DNA from: a bacterium
GTDB taxonomy: Bacteria; Patescibacteriota; Minisyncoccia; Minisyncoccales; CG1-02-41-26
Reading direction: 5' to 3'
NCBI GenBank assembly: GCA_030603395.1
Contig: JAUVXX010000005.1
Location: 885 to 64,884, forward strand
Length of the DNA: 64,000 nt
A model generated the notes under the pieces. It was not told the origin of the DNA. It did not search any database and saw nothing but the letters and a program-made list of their open reading frames with translations. Of this stretch, positions 13,429 to 25,049 are shown in pieces; the first letter of the stretch is position 1; each line of letters starts with the position of its first letter. The position numbers and the translations under genes were made by a program.

Positions 13429-15156
13429 ATGGACCTTATTTCTCAATTAGTTAAACAAAGAAAATTAAAGAAAAGAGAGGGAGCTCAGTTGAAGATGGAA
13501 GCCAAGGAAAAAGAAAAGACCCAAGAGGAGTTAATTTTAGAGAAGAAAATTTTATCGGAGAATGCCCTATTTCAACTCAAAAGCAAACTGACCGGAACTC
13601 CTCTGCGAGAAACTCTGCCAGAGAAAATTCCCCCCGAGATTTTAAATATTATCCCCAGAGAGTCAGTGGAATATTATAAAATAGTCCCCCTGCTTTTAAG
13701 AAAAAAAGAAGAGGTTTTGGAGGTAGGCATGGTTTACCCTGATGACCCTAAAGCAGTGGAGGCCTTAAAATTTTTAACCAGGCAGCAAAAGTTACATCCC
13801 AAAATTTTTCTAATCACTTTCTCTAATTTCAGAAAATATCTTGAGCAATTCCGAGCTCCCAAAAAGGAAGTAGAGAAAGCTTTGGAAAGATTGGAAGAAG
13901 AAATCAGACCGGAAGGGGGAAAAGCCATAAAGAAAGCCGAATTTGAGAAATTGGTTGAGGAAGCTCCGGTTATCAAAATGGTAGGGGTTATTTTGCGCCA
14001 AGCTATTGAAGGCAAGGCTTCTGATATTCACATTGAGCCGACCAGGGAGAACGTCAGAGTCAGATACCGCTTAGATGGAATTTTGCACTCCTCCCTTATT
14101 TTGCCCTTAAAGGTTTTGCCAGCCATCGTGGCTCGCATTAAGATTCTAAGCCGGCTTAGAATTGACGAAACCAGAATTCCCCAGGACGGTAGGTTCTCTG
14201 CCAAGATTGGAGAGAAAACCATTGACTTTCGAGTTTCCACTTTTCCCACCACCTTGGGGGAGAAGGTAGCTATTAGAGTTCTTGATCCCACCGAGGGTCT
14301 AAAATCTTTAATTGATTTGGGTTTGAGTGAGAGAAATTTTAAGGTGGTCAAAGAAGCCGTCAAAAAGTCCTACGGCATGATTTTAGCTACCGGTCCCACT
14401 GGCTCCGGAAAAACCACCACCTTGTATTCACTTTTCCAGCTTTTAAACAAAGAAGGAGTGAACATTGTTACTTTGGAAGACCCGGTAGAGTATTTTATTG
14501 ACGGGGTTAACCAATCCCAGATTAGACCAGAAATTGAATATACCTTTGCCAAGGGTTTGCGGCAGATTGTCAGACAAGACCCTGATATTATTATGGTAGG
14601 GGAGGTTCGAGACGAAGAGACGGCCGCCTTAGCCATTCATGCTGCTTTAACCGGCCATTTGCTTTTGTCAACTTTGCACACCACCAATGTCCTTGGGGTT
14701 ATTTCTCGGTTAATTGATATGGGAGTGAAGCCATTTCTTATTCCTCCCACCTTGAGTTTAGCCATAAGCCAGAGATTGGTCCGTGCCCTTTGCCCTTTCT
14801 GTAAAAAGAGAGTGAGGGCTCAGGGAGAAGCAAAAGATTATATCTTAAGCAAACTTAAAAATTTACCAGCCAGTGTAGCTGAGAAAGTCAGGGTTGGCAA
14901 GACCATCTTTATCTATCAACCCCAGGGTTGCAAAAAATGTAATTCCAAGGGATATTCGGGAAGAACCGGAGTTTATGAAGTTATCAAAATGACCGATGCC
15001 TTGGCTGAAATAACCATTCAAAATCCAACTGAAAGTCAGATTCTAAAAGAGGCAAGAGCCCAGGGCATGGTTACCATGGAAGAAGAAGGGGTGTTAAAGG
15101 TTTTAAAAGGCATTACTTCCCTGGAGGAAGTGATGAGGGTTGCGGAAGAAAAGTAA
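13429..15156 (+). CDS. pilB: type IV pilus extension ATPase PilB (GspE family)
   Basis: T2SSE N-domain, Walker A GPTGSGKTTT, Asp/His boxes, tetracysteine CPFC...CKKC; ORF track opens at 13300 but ATG 13429 avoids overlap with upstream ORF. Confidence 0.9.
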   Translation: MDLISQLVKQRKLKKREGAQLKMEAKEKEKTQEELILEKKILSENALFQLKSKLTGTPLRETLPEKIPPEILNIIPRESVEYYKIVPLLLRKKEEVLEVGMVYPDDPKAVEALKFLTRQQKLHPKIFLITFSNFRKYLEQFRAPKKEVEKALERLEEEIRPEGGKAIKKAEFEKLVEEAPVIKMVGVILRQAIEGKASDIHIEPTRENVRVRYRLDGILHSSLILPLKVLPAIVARIKILSRLRIDETRIPQDGRFSAKIGEKTIDFRVSTFPTTLGEKVAIRVLDPTEGLKSLIDLGLSERNFKVVKEAVKKSYGMILATGPTGSGKTTTLYSLFQLLNKEGVNIVTLEDPVEYFIDGVNQSQIRPEIEYTFAKGLRQIVRQDPDIIMVGEVRDEETAALAIHAALTGHLLLSTLHTTNVLGVISRLIDMGVKPFLIPPTLSLAISQRLVRALCPFCKKRVRAQGEAKDYILSKLKNLPASVAEKVRVGKTIFIYQPQGCKKCNSKGYSGRTGVYEVIKMTDALAEITIQNPTESQILKEARAQGMVTMEEEGVLKVLKGITSLEEVMRVAEEK

Positions 15157-15532
15157 TTTTGTGAAACAAATTCTCTTAATTGAAGATGACCCGTTTTTGA
15201 TAGATATTTATAGCCAAAAATTGACCAAAGCCGGATTCAAAGTTGAGGTAGCCAAAAATGGAAAAAGCGCTCTGCAATCTCTCCGAGAGAGAAAGCCCCA
15301 GCTGGTAATCTTAGATATTGTTTTACCGGGGATTGAAGGCTGGGAGATTCTAAGAAAAATCAAAAAAGACCGTAGCTTAACTGGTTTAAAAGTAGTGGTG
15401 CTGAGTAATTTGGGACAGAAAGAGGAGGTGGAGAAAGGATTGAAATTGGGGGCAGTCAAATATTTAATTAAGGCTCACTATACCCCGGGCGAGGTCGTCA
15501 GGGAAATAGAAAAAGTCATAACTAATTCTTAA
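15140..15532 (+). CDS. stand-alone response-regulator receiver domain (CheY-like)
   Basis: 130-aa ORF; IEDD acidic pocket, LDIVLPG phospho-acceptor Asp context, VLSN, KYLIK. Confidence 0.85.
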   Translation: MRKKSNFVKQILLIEDDPFLIDIYSQKLTKAGFKVEVAKNGKSALQSLRERKPQLVILDIVLPGIEGWEILRKIKKDRSLTGLKVVVLSNLGQKEEVEKGLKLGAVKYLIKAHYTPGEVVREIEKVITNS

Positions 15533-15536
15533 ATCA

Positions 15537-16607
15537 ATGAACTATCCAACTCAACTCAAAAGACTTTTGGGGCTGGCTATCAAGAAAGAGGCCTCTGACC
15601 TCCACCTTTCGGTCGGTCACCCGCCAGTTTTGAGAATAATTGGCAACTTGTCTAATGTTGAGGGGGAAGGGGTGATCACTCCCAAAGATTCTCAAGGACT
15701 CGCTCTCAGCTTAATGGTACCTTCGCAGCAAGAAAAATTTTTAAAAGAAAAAGAAATAGATTTTGCTTATGAATTTGAAAAGAAAATCAGGTTCAGGGTA
15801 AATGCCTTTTTTCAGAGGGGATATGTCAGTATTGCTTTAAGGCTTATTCCTTCAAAAATCAAAACTATTGAGGAATTAAAGCTCCCGCCTATTTTACATA
15901 AATTTACCGAAGCTCCCCAGGGATTTGTTTTAATCACCGGAGCTTCCTCTCAGGGAAAATCTACCACTTTGGCTGCCTTAATTGATGAAATAAACCATCA
16001 GCGGAGGGAACATATCATTACTATTGAAGACCCCATTGAGTATGTCTTTCAGGGCGACAAATGTTTAATTGACCAAAGGGAGGTTGGGGTAGATACGCCA
16101 AGTTTTGCCAAAGCCCTGAGGTCCACCTTGCGGGAGGATCCGGATGTCATTATGGTTGGAGAGATGAGGGACCTTGAAACCATCTCAACCGCCATCACCG
16201 CAGCCGAAACCGGTCACCTTGTTTTTGCCACCTTGCATACCAATTCTGCCTCACAAACCATCCATCGAGCCATTGATGTTTTTTCTCCCCACCAACAAAA
16301 TCAGATAAGAGCTCAATTGTCGGGCTCTCTGTTGGGAGTGGTCTCTCAAAGATTGCTGCCTTCAATTAAGAAAGAGTTTGTGCCGGCTTGTGAGATTATG
16401 TTGTCTAATCATGCCGTGGCTAATTTAATTCGGGAGAACAAAATCCATGAGATTCCTTCCGTCATTGAAACTTCAGGGGAGATGGGAATGATTCCCTTCA
16501 ATAAGTCCTTAACCGAATTGGTCAGGAAAAAAGAAATTTCAAGAGAGACCGCCCTGCAATATTCCTTCAGCCCCAAGGATTTAGAAGCCCGACTCGAAAA
16601 AGCATGA
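15537..16607 (+). CDS. pilT: type IV pilus retraction ATPase PilT
   Basis: 356-aa ORF; Walker A GASSQGKSTT, TIEDPIEY, GEMRD, HLVFATLHT motifs. Confidence 0.9.
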   Translation: MNYPTQLKRLLGLAIKKEASDLHLSVGHPPVLRIIGNLSNVEGEGVITPKDSQGLALSLMVPSQQEKFLKEKEIDFAYEFEKKIRFRVNAFFQRGYVSIALRLIPSKIKTIEELKLPPILHKFTEAPQGFVLITGASSQGKSTTLAALIDEINHQRREHIITIEDPIEYVFQGDKCLIDQREVGVDTPSFAKALRSTLREDPDVIMVGEMRDLETISTAITAAETGHLVFATLHTNSASQTIHRAIDVFSPHQQNQIRAQLSGSLLGVVSQRLLPSIKKEFVPACEIMLSNHAVANLIRENKIHEIPSVIETSGEMGMIPFNKSLTELVRKKEISRETALQYSFSPKDLEARLEKA

Positions 16608-17824
16608 AATTTGCCTACAAAGCCAGAACCAAAGAGGGAAGAATTCAGAGAGGAACCATTGAGGCCTCTTCTCGTAAAGTTTGCCTTAGTATCCTGGAAA
16701 AATATGGATTTTACGTAACTTCCTTGCGGGAGGCAGGAAAGGGAGGATTTTTGATGGGAAAGATTTCTCTGCGAAAAACATCCGCCAAAGATATTGTCAG
16801 CTTCAGCCGTCAATTCTCAGTGATGCTAAAATCCGCCATTCCTCCGGTTGAGGCCTTGCGGGCTCAGGTGGCTCAGACGGAAAACCCGGTTTTTCGAGAG
16901 AAAATTTTAAAAATGGCAGAGACAGTGGAGACCGGAAGCACGCTTTCGCAGGCCTTTTCTCTCCATCCAAATATCTTTGACCCTTTTTTTATAAACATAG
17001 TCAAATCTGGAGAGGCGACCGGTAAGGTGGCCGACTCCCTGGATTATTTAGCCAACCATTTAGAATCAGAATACAATCTTTCGCAGAAAATAAGGGGAGC
17101 CATGATTTATCCTGCTTTTGTGATTGTGATTTTTATTGCCGCCTTCTTTTTGGTAACTTTTTTCATTGTTCCCCGATTGACTGAAGTTTTAGAGTCCTTT
17201 GGAGGAAAACTTCCCCTAAGCACAAGGTTGCTAATCCTTCTATCCGACTTTGTCAGGAAAGGCGGTTGGGTTGTTATCCTTGTCGTTTTTGGCTCATTAT
17301 TTTTTATTCCCCAGTATCTCAAGGGGTCTCCGAAGAGTAAAAATTTTTATGATAGAATTTCTCTGAAAATACCAATCCTGGGAGATTTTTATAAGAAAAT
17401 TTATCTTGTTCGCTTTTGTGAAAACCTTTCGGTGTTAATTAGAGCCGGCTTGCCCATAACTCAAGCTCTGAAAATAACCGAAGGAATCATAGGCAGCGAA
17501 GTTTACAAAAAAATTATCATTGAGGCGCAGGAAAGAGTAGCTCGGGGGGAGAAGATAAGTTCTGTCTTCTCGCAATATCCACAATACGTCACCACCTTCA
17601 CCACTCAAATGATTTCAACCGGAGAAGAAACCGGGAAGTTAGAACAAACCCTGATGAACGTGGTTAGTTTTTATCGAGCAGAAATAGAAAGGGCTGCTGA
17701 CAACCTGACCAGTATTTTAGAGCCACTTTTAATTGTGATTTTGGGAATTGGCATAGCCGTAATGGCAGTTTCAATTTTTATCCCTTTATTTCAAATGGGA
17801 ATGGGAGGCTTTGGAGCAATGTGA
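16604..17824 (+). CDS. pilC: type IV pilus platform protein PilC (GspF family)
   Basis: 406-aa ORF; two GspF repeats, three TM segments. Confidence 0.88.
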   Translation: MKFAYKARTKEGRIQRGTIEASSRKVCLSILEKYGFYVTSLREAGKGGFLMGKISLRKTSAKDIVSFSRQFSVMLKSAIPPVEALRAQVAQTENPVFREKILKMAETVETGSTLSQAFSLHPNIFDPFFINIVKSGEATGKVADSLDYLANHLESEYNLSQKIRGAMIYPAFVIVIFIAAFFLVTFFIVPRLTEVLESFGGKLPLSTRLLILLSDFVRKGGWVVILVVFGSLFFIPQYLKGSPKSKNFYDRISLKIPILGDFYKKIYLVRFCENLSVLIRAGLPITQALKITEGIIGSEVYKKIIIEAQERVARGEKISSVFSQYPQYVTTFTTQMISTGEETGKLEQTLMNVVSFYRAEIERAADNLTSILEPLLIVILGIGIAVMAVSIFIPLFQMGMGGFGAM

Positions 17825-17827
17825 AGC

Positions 17828-17908
17828 GTTTTGTCCAAGAGCGCAAGTCGCACGTAGCGCGATTGGCAACAAAACCTTTACCCCGCACATAAAGCGTTAT
17901 GTGCGGGG
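17828..17908 (+). other. GC-rich structured element (two stable hairpins) between pilC and the first pilin gene
   Basis: imperfect hairpin 17828-17875 (7+4+4 bp); perfect 11-bp stem ccccgcacata/tatgtgcgggg at 17881-17908. Confidence 0.5.
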
Positions 17909-17953
17909 TGTAAGAACTTGTAACGCTCCTTCGTCGCTAACAATTTCTAACAC

Positions 17954-18415
17954 ATGAAAAACAAAGGGTTCACTTTAATTGAATTATTGGTGGTTCTGGT
18001 TATTATTGGAATTTTAGCTTCAATTGTTTTGGTTCAATTTCCCGAGGCCATCAGGAGAGCCAGAGATGGTCGGGTTATTTCTGATATGGGTCAATTTAGA
18101 ACCCAAACCATAATTTTGTATAGCACCCAAGAAAGTTATGCTCAAGTTAATTGTACTGTTATAGGAACCCTATGCGATTGCTTGGATTCTACCATTGAGT
18201 ATCTCTGTAATGATATTGAACAAAATATTGCCCAGGGAGATGATTTGGTAACTTATGTTCAAAGTGATGGTCAGGGGTTTTGTGCGGCAGTTCATTTAGG
18301 GGGTTCTGGCAGATATTTTTGTGTAGATGGAGAATTACACGCCAAAGAATACGAAACTTTTCCTAACTTTTGCTTTCCTTCTTGTGAAATAATGAATAAT
18401 TGCAGTTGTGAATAA
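17954..18415 (+). CDS. type IV pilin, Cys-rich (10 Cys)
   Basis: class III signal MKNKG|FTLIELLVV with Glu+5. Confidence 0.88.
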   Translation: MKNKGFTLIELLVVLVIIGILASIVLVQFPEAIRRARDGRVISDMGQFRTQTIILYSTQESYAQVNCTVIGTLCDCLDSTIEYLCNDIEQNIAQGDDLVTYVQSDGQGFCAAVHLGGSGRYFCVDGELHAKEYETFPNFCFPSCEIMNNCSCE

Positions 18416-18520
18416 CTTGACTTGACTGTATTTTTAAAAAGATAAAAAATAGTATATAATAAAGTATAAAGTAAAAACAAAAAAGGTCGCTTTTTCTCAA
18501 AAAATAATCAAACCAAGAAA

Positions 18521-19000
18521 ATGAAGTTACAAAAATCGAAAGGTTTCACCTTAATTGAATTATTGGTAGTTATTGCCATTATTGGAATTTTAGCTTCAAT
18601 CGTTTTGGTGAGTTTCCCGGGAGCTACCAAGAAAGCAAGGGACTCAAGAATTATTAGCGCTATTGGCCAAGCCCGAGTCGTCATGACTTATATTAATGCT
18701 AACGATGGAGACTACGATGCTTTTGATTGTGATCATACCGAGATGGATTCATTGTGTAAAGAGATTGACAACAATTACGGTACAGATACTAAGGACGACA
18801 AGATCCCGGAGCCGGTTATTGCAACGAATGCGGCAAGTGGTGCTACGGCAGCTTGCATATACTCTCCATTAAATGTGAAAGGCACTTATTGGTACTGCGG
18901 TGACAGCACTGGAATAGCCGGTTTCACGACCACCGATCCGGGCGGCACAGGCTATTGTGTAGATGGCACAACTGCTGTTTGCCCATCTGTTACTAGCTAA
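18521..19000 (+). CDS. type IV pilin (6 Cys)
   Basis: MKLQKSKG|FTLIELLVV prepilin signal. Confidence 0.88.
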   Translation: MKLQKSKGFTLIELLVVIAIIGILASIVLVSFPGATKKARDSRIISAIGQARVVMTYINANDGDYDAFDCDHTEMDSLCKEIDNNYGTDTKDDKIPEPVIATNAASGATAACIYSPLNVKGTYWYCGDSTGIAGFTTTDPGGTGYCVDGTTAVCPSVTS

Positions 19001-19030
19001 TAGTATCACCGAATAAGATTCCAACTTAAA

Positions 19031-19062
19031 ATTGCCCGGGATTTCTCTCCCGGGCAATTTTT
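19031..19062 (+). terminator. strong rho-independent terminator after pilin genes
   Basis: attgcccggga-tttctc-tcccgggcaat (11 bp) followed by ttttt. Confidence 0.85.
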
Positions 19063-19082
19063 GTTAGAATGAAAATACGAAT

Positions 19083-19892
19083 ATGTTTTATTTCATCATT
19101 TTTGTTTTCGGGGCCTGCATAGGTAGTTTTTTAAATTGTGTAATTTACCGATTAAAAGAAAAACAAAGTTTTCTCTCCGGCACGTCTTTTTGTCCCAAAT
19201 GCCTTCATCAATTAGGTTTCTTTGATTTAATTCCAGTGTTAAGTTTTATCTTCTTGAAGGGAAAATGTAGATATTGCGGCCAGAATATCTCTACTCAGTA
19301 CCCACTTGTCGAAATAGCAACAGGTGGGCTATTTCTCCTAATTTTCAATTTTCAACAGTTCAGCCCTGAGTTCACTGCCGAAGGGTTTTCAATTTTCAAT
19401 GAATTTTCAATTTTCAATTTTAAAAATTTTATTACCACTCTTTATTTATTAATAATCAGTTGTCTTTTAATCATCATTTTCGTCTATGATTTAAAACATT
19501 ATATTATTCCGGATAAAATAGTTTATCCGGCCATTGCCACTGCATTAATTTTCAATTTTCAAAAAACGACTTTTGGCTCCTCGCTCTTAGCAGGGGGAGG
19601 GGCAGCTTTATTCTTTTTCTTGTTGTGGCTGGTATCTCGCGGCAAGTGGATGGGTTTGGGTGACGCCAAATTGGCATTTCTGATGGGGCTTTTTCTGGGC
19701 TCACCAAATATTTTAACAGCCGTGTTCTCAGCTTTTTTAATCGGTGCTATAATGGGAATAGTATTGGTAATGTTTGGTAAGAAAACCCTAAAGAGCCAGG
19801 TTCCTTTCGGACCTTTTCTGGTGGTGGGAACGTTTATTGCTCTTTTTTGGGGACGAGAAATAATTAAGTGGTACTTAGGTCTTGTAACCTAA
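19083..19892 (+). CDS. pilD: prepilin peptidase PilD (A24 aspartic peptidase)
   Basis: N-terminal CPKC...CRYC Zn motif; catalytic contexts DLKHYIIPD and GLGDAKL. Confidence 0.9.
   Translation: MFYFIIFVFGACIGSFLNCVIYRLKEKQSFLSGTSFCPKCLHQLGFFDLIPVLSFIFLKGKCRYCGQNISTQYPLVEIATGGLFLLIFNFQQFSPEFTAEGFSIFNEFSIFNFKNFITTLYLLIISCLLIIIFVYDLKHYIIPDKIVYPAIATALIFNFQKTTFGSSLLAGGGAALFFFLLWLVSRGKWMGLGDAKLAFLMGLFLGSPNILTAVFSAFLIGAIMGIVLVMFGKKTLKSQVPFGPFLVVGTFIALFWGREIIKWYLGLVT
19341..19421. repeat. attttcaattttcaa copies flanking a GC-rich core inside pilD
   Basis: copies at 19341-19355, 19386-19399, 19402-19421 (a fourth at 19547-19562); core cagttcagccctgagttcactgccgaaggg at 19356-19385. Confidence 0.85.
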
Positions 19893-19898
19893 AATTTT

Positions 19899-20414
19899 AT
19901 GCACAAAGGATTCACCCTAATTGAACTTTTGGTTACCATGACAATTATAGGGATACTCTCCTCAGTTTTATTTTTAGGGAGAGGAGCAGAGGAGAAAAGG
20001 TTGGCGCTGGGTAGATCAATTTTTCAATTGTCTCAGGACCTAAGGGAGGTTCAGGGATTGGCCATGGGTTTTCAGGAGGAATCCTGTCCGGATGGAGCAG
20101 CCACTGGCTTTGGCATTTATTTTCATCAAGTTTCTTTTCCAGAATCTTATCTTTTATTTGCTGACTGTAATAATAATCAGTATAAAGACAGTTCTGACGT
20201 AATCTTGAGAGAAGTCAAATTAGAGAAGGACGTCCAGATTCAAAGCTTATCTTCCTCTCCCTTGAATATTGTTTTTGTTCCTCCGGAGCCCGCCACTTTT
20301 ATAGGCGGGGTTGAGTCGGGAGTAGAGGGAGTGATAACCATTTCTTTAAAATCAGATTCCTCAAAACAAAAGGTCTTAAGAGTTAATACAGCTGGTAGAA
20401 TCGAAATAGAATAA
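19899..20414 (+). CDS. minor pilin / pseudopilin (GspH/FimT-like)
   Basis: MHKG|FTLIELLV prepilin signal. Confidence 0.75.
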   Translation: MHKGFTLIELLVTMTIIGILSSVLFLGRGAEEKRLALGRSIFQLSQDLREVQGLAMGFQEESCPDGAATGFGIYFHQVSFPESYLLFADCNNNQYKDSSDVILREVKLEKDVQIQSLSSSPLNIVFVPPEPATFIGGVESGVEGVITISLKSDSSKQKVLRVNTAGRIEIE

Positions 20415-20417
20415 ATT

Positions 20418-20894
20418 ATGAAAAAAGGGTTTACTCTTCTTGAAGTAATAGTGGCTATCTCCATTTTTTTAATTGGCATTGTCGGAGTTTATGCGGTGGT
20501 CCCAAGAATAATTGCCATAGGTCAGGTTAACGTTGACAGATTTATTGCCTGCCAGCTCGGCAGAGAGGGCATTGAAATAGTCAGAAATATTAGAGATTCA
20601 AATTATTTGGAAGGAGCAGTTAGTTGGAATGATGGTTTGACTGATTGTTCTGGGGGTTGTGAAATTGATTATAATGATTCGGGATTCACTGCTTATGGTG
20701 ATGGTCGCTATTTACGCATTAATGCTGATGGATTCTATAATTATGATCCGGTCTCTGGAATAAATCCCGAGACAAAATTTAAAAGAAAAATTATAATTAC
20801 TCAGCCAGAAGGTTATATTTTAGATGTCCAGGTGCAAGTTTTTTGGTCTCAGGCATCTTCAACTGTTCAAGAGATTTTATATGACTGGAGATAA
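20418..20894 (+). CDS. minor pilin (PilV-like)
   Basis: MKKG|FTLLEVIV prepilin signal. Confidence 0.75.
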   Translation: MKKGFTLLEVIVAISIFLIGIVGVYAVVPRIIAIGQVNVDRFIACQLGREGIEIVRNIRDSNYLEGAVSWNDGLTDCSGGCEIDYNDSGFTAYGDGRYLRINADGFYNYDPVSGINPETKFKRKIIITQPEGYILDVQVQVFWSQASSTVQEILYDWR

Positions 20895-21441
20895 TTCAAT
20901 AAAAAATGGTTTTACCCTTATTGAACTTTTGGTAGCCGTAACCATTTTTTCGGTGGTGATTACTTCATTTTTTGGTCTTTTCAGTTCCGCCTTCCAGGAG
21001 CAAAGAAAGAATTTGAACTTACAATATCTCTTGCAAAATACCTCTTATAGCACAGAATATATCAGTCGGGCTTTGCGAATGGCTCGAAAAGACCTTTTTG
21101 GTGATTGTATTAGTGCCGGACATAATTTTGCTGTCATCGCAAATGGTATAAGATTCTTAAATTATGATAGAAAATGTCAGGAATTCTTTTTGGAGGGAGA
21201 GACGTTAAAAGTTAGAAAATCAACTGATGAAAGTTCCTCAAATTTCGGTAGTCCCGAACCGGTTACTCCCCAGAATATCGGGATAGACAATCTTCGGTTT
21301 GAAATTTCAGGGGAGAGTCAATTAGATACTCTCCAACCAAAAGTAACCTTCATGCTGGACATAAGAAATAAAACTCCAGAACCCCAAACCTTGAGCATTC
21401 AAACTAGCATCTCTCAAAGAGAATTAGATGTCCAAAAATAA
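20881..21441 (+). CDS. minor pilin (PilW-like)
   Basis: MTGDNSIKNG|FTLIELLV; ATG 20881 preferred over ORF-track 20824. Confidence 0.7.
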   Translation: MTGDNSIKNGFTLIELLVAVTIFSVVITSFFGLFSSAFQEQRKNLNLQYLLQNTSYSTEYISRALRMARKDLFGDCISAGHNFAVIANGIRFLNYDRKCQEFFLEGETLKVRKSTDESSSNFGSPEPVTPQNIGIDNLRFEISGESQLDTLQPKVTFMLDIRNKTPEPQTLSIQTSISQRELDVQK

Positions 21442-21799
21442 CCATAAAAATCAAAAAGGCGTTTCTCTCTATCTAACTATGGTGATTCTTTCGGTTCTCA
21501 TGGCTGTCATCTTAACCATGATAAATGTTGCTATTAGCCAGATAAAAGTCATTCACACTTTGAGTGGTTCCATAGTTGCTTTTTATGCAGCAGATACCGG
21601 AATAGAAAGGGTGCTCTACGCCATTTTCCAGGAAGGATATATGCCAAGCAAAGGGGAGTGTCCTCTCCCTTACAGCGGCACCTTAGAAAATGAGGCAACT
21701 TATGGGGTTTGTATTTCTGATGAGTCAGATTCAATCATTTTCTCCACCGGAAGTTATAAAAAAATCAAGAGAAGAATTGAAATAACCTTTGAGGAATAA
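21428..21799 (+). CDS. PilX-like minor pilin (no Glu+5)
   Basis: 123-aa ORF; N-terminal hydrophobic helix GVSLYLTMVILSVLMAVIL; operon position. Confidence 0.5.
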   Translation: MSKNNHKNQKGVSLYLTMVILSVLMAVILTMINVAISQIKVIHTLSGSIVAFYAADTGIERVLYAIFQEGYMPSKGECPLPYSGTLENEATYGVCISDESDSIIFSTGSYKKIKRRIEITFEE

Positions 21800-24915
<3,116 letters not shown>

Positions 24916-25049
24916 CAAACTCTTGAAAAAAGATAAAATAGGGAATATTCTCGGTATATTTTTTAAAAATTGTCTTGTTCTATTTTTAAGACTAATCTCT
25001 AAAAATTAACTATTAAGAACCCTTTTTCAGACAGGGGGTTTTTCTTGTT

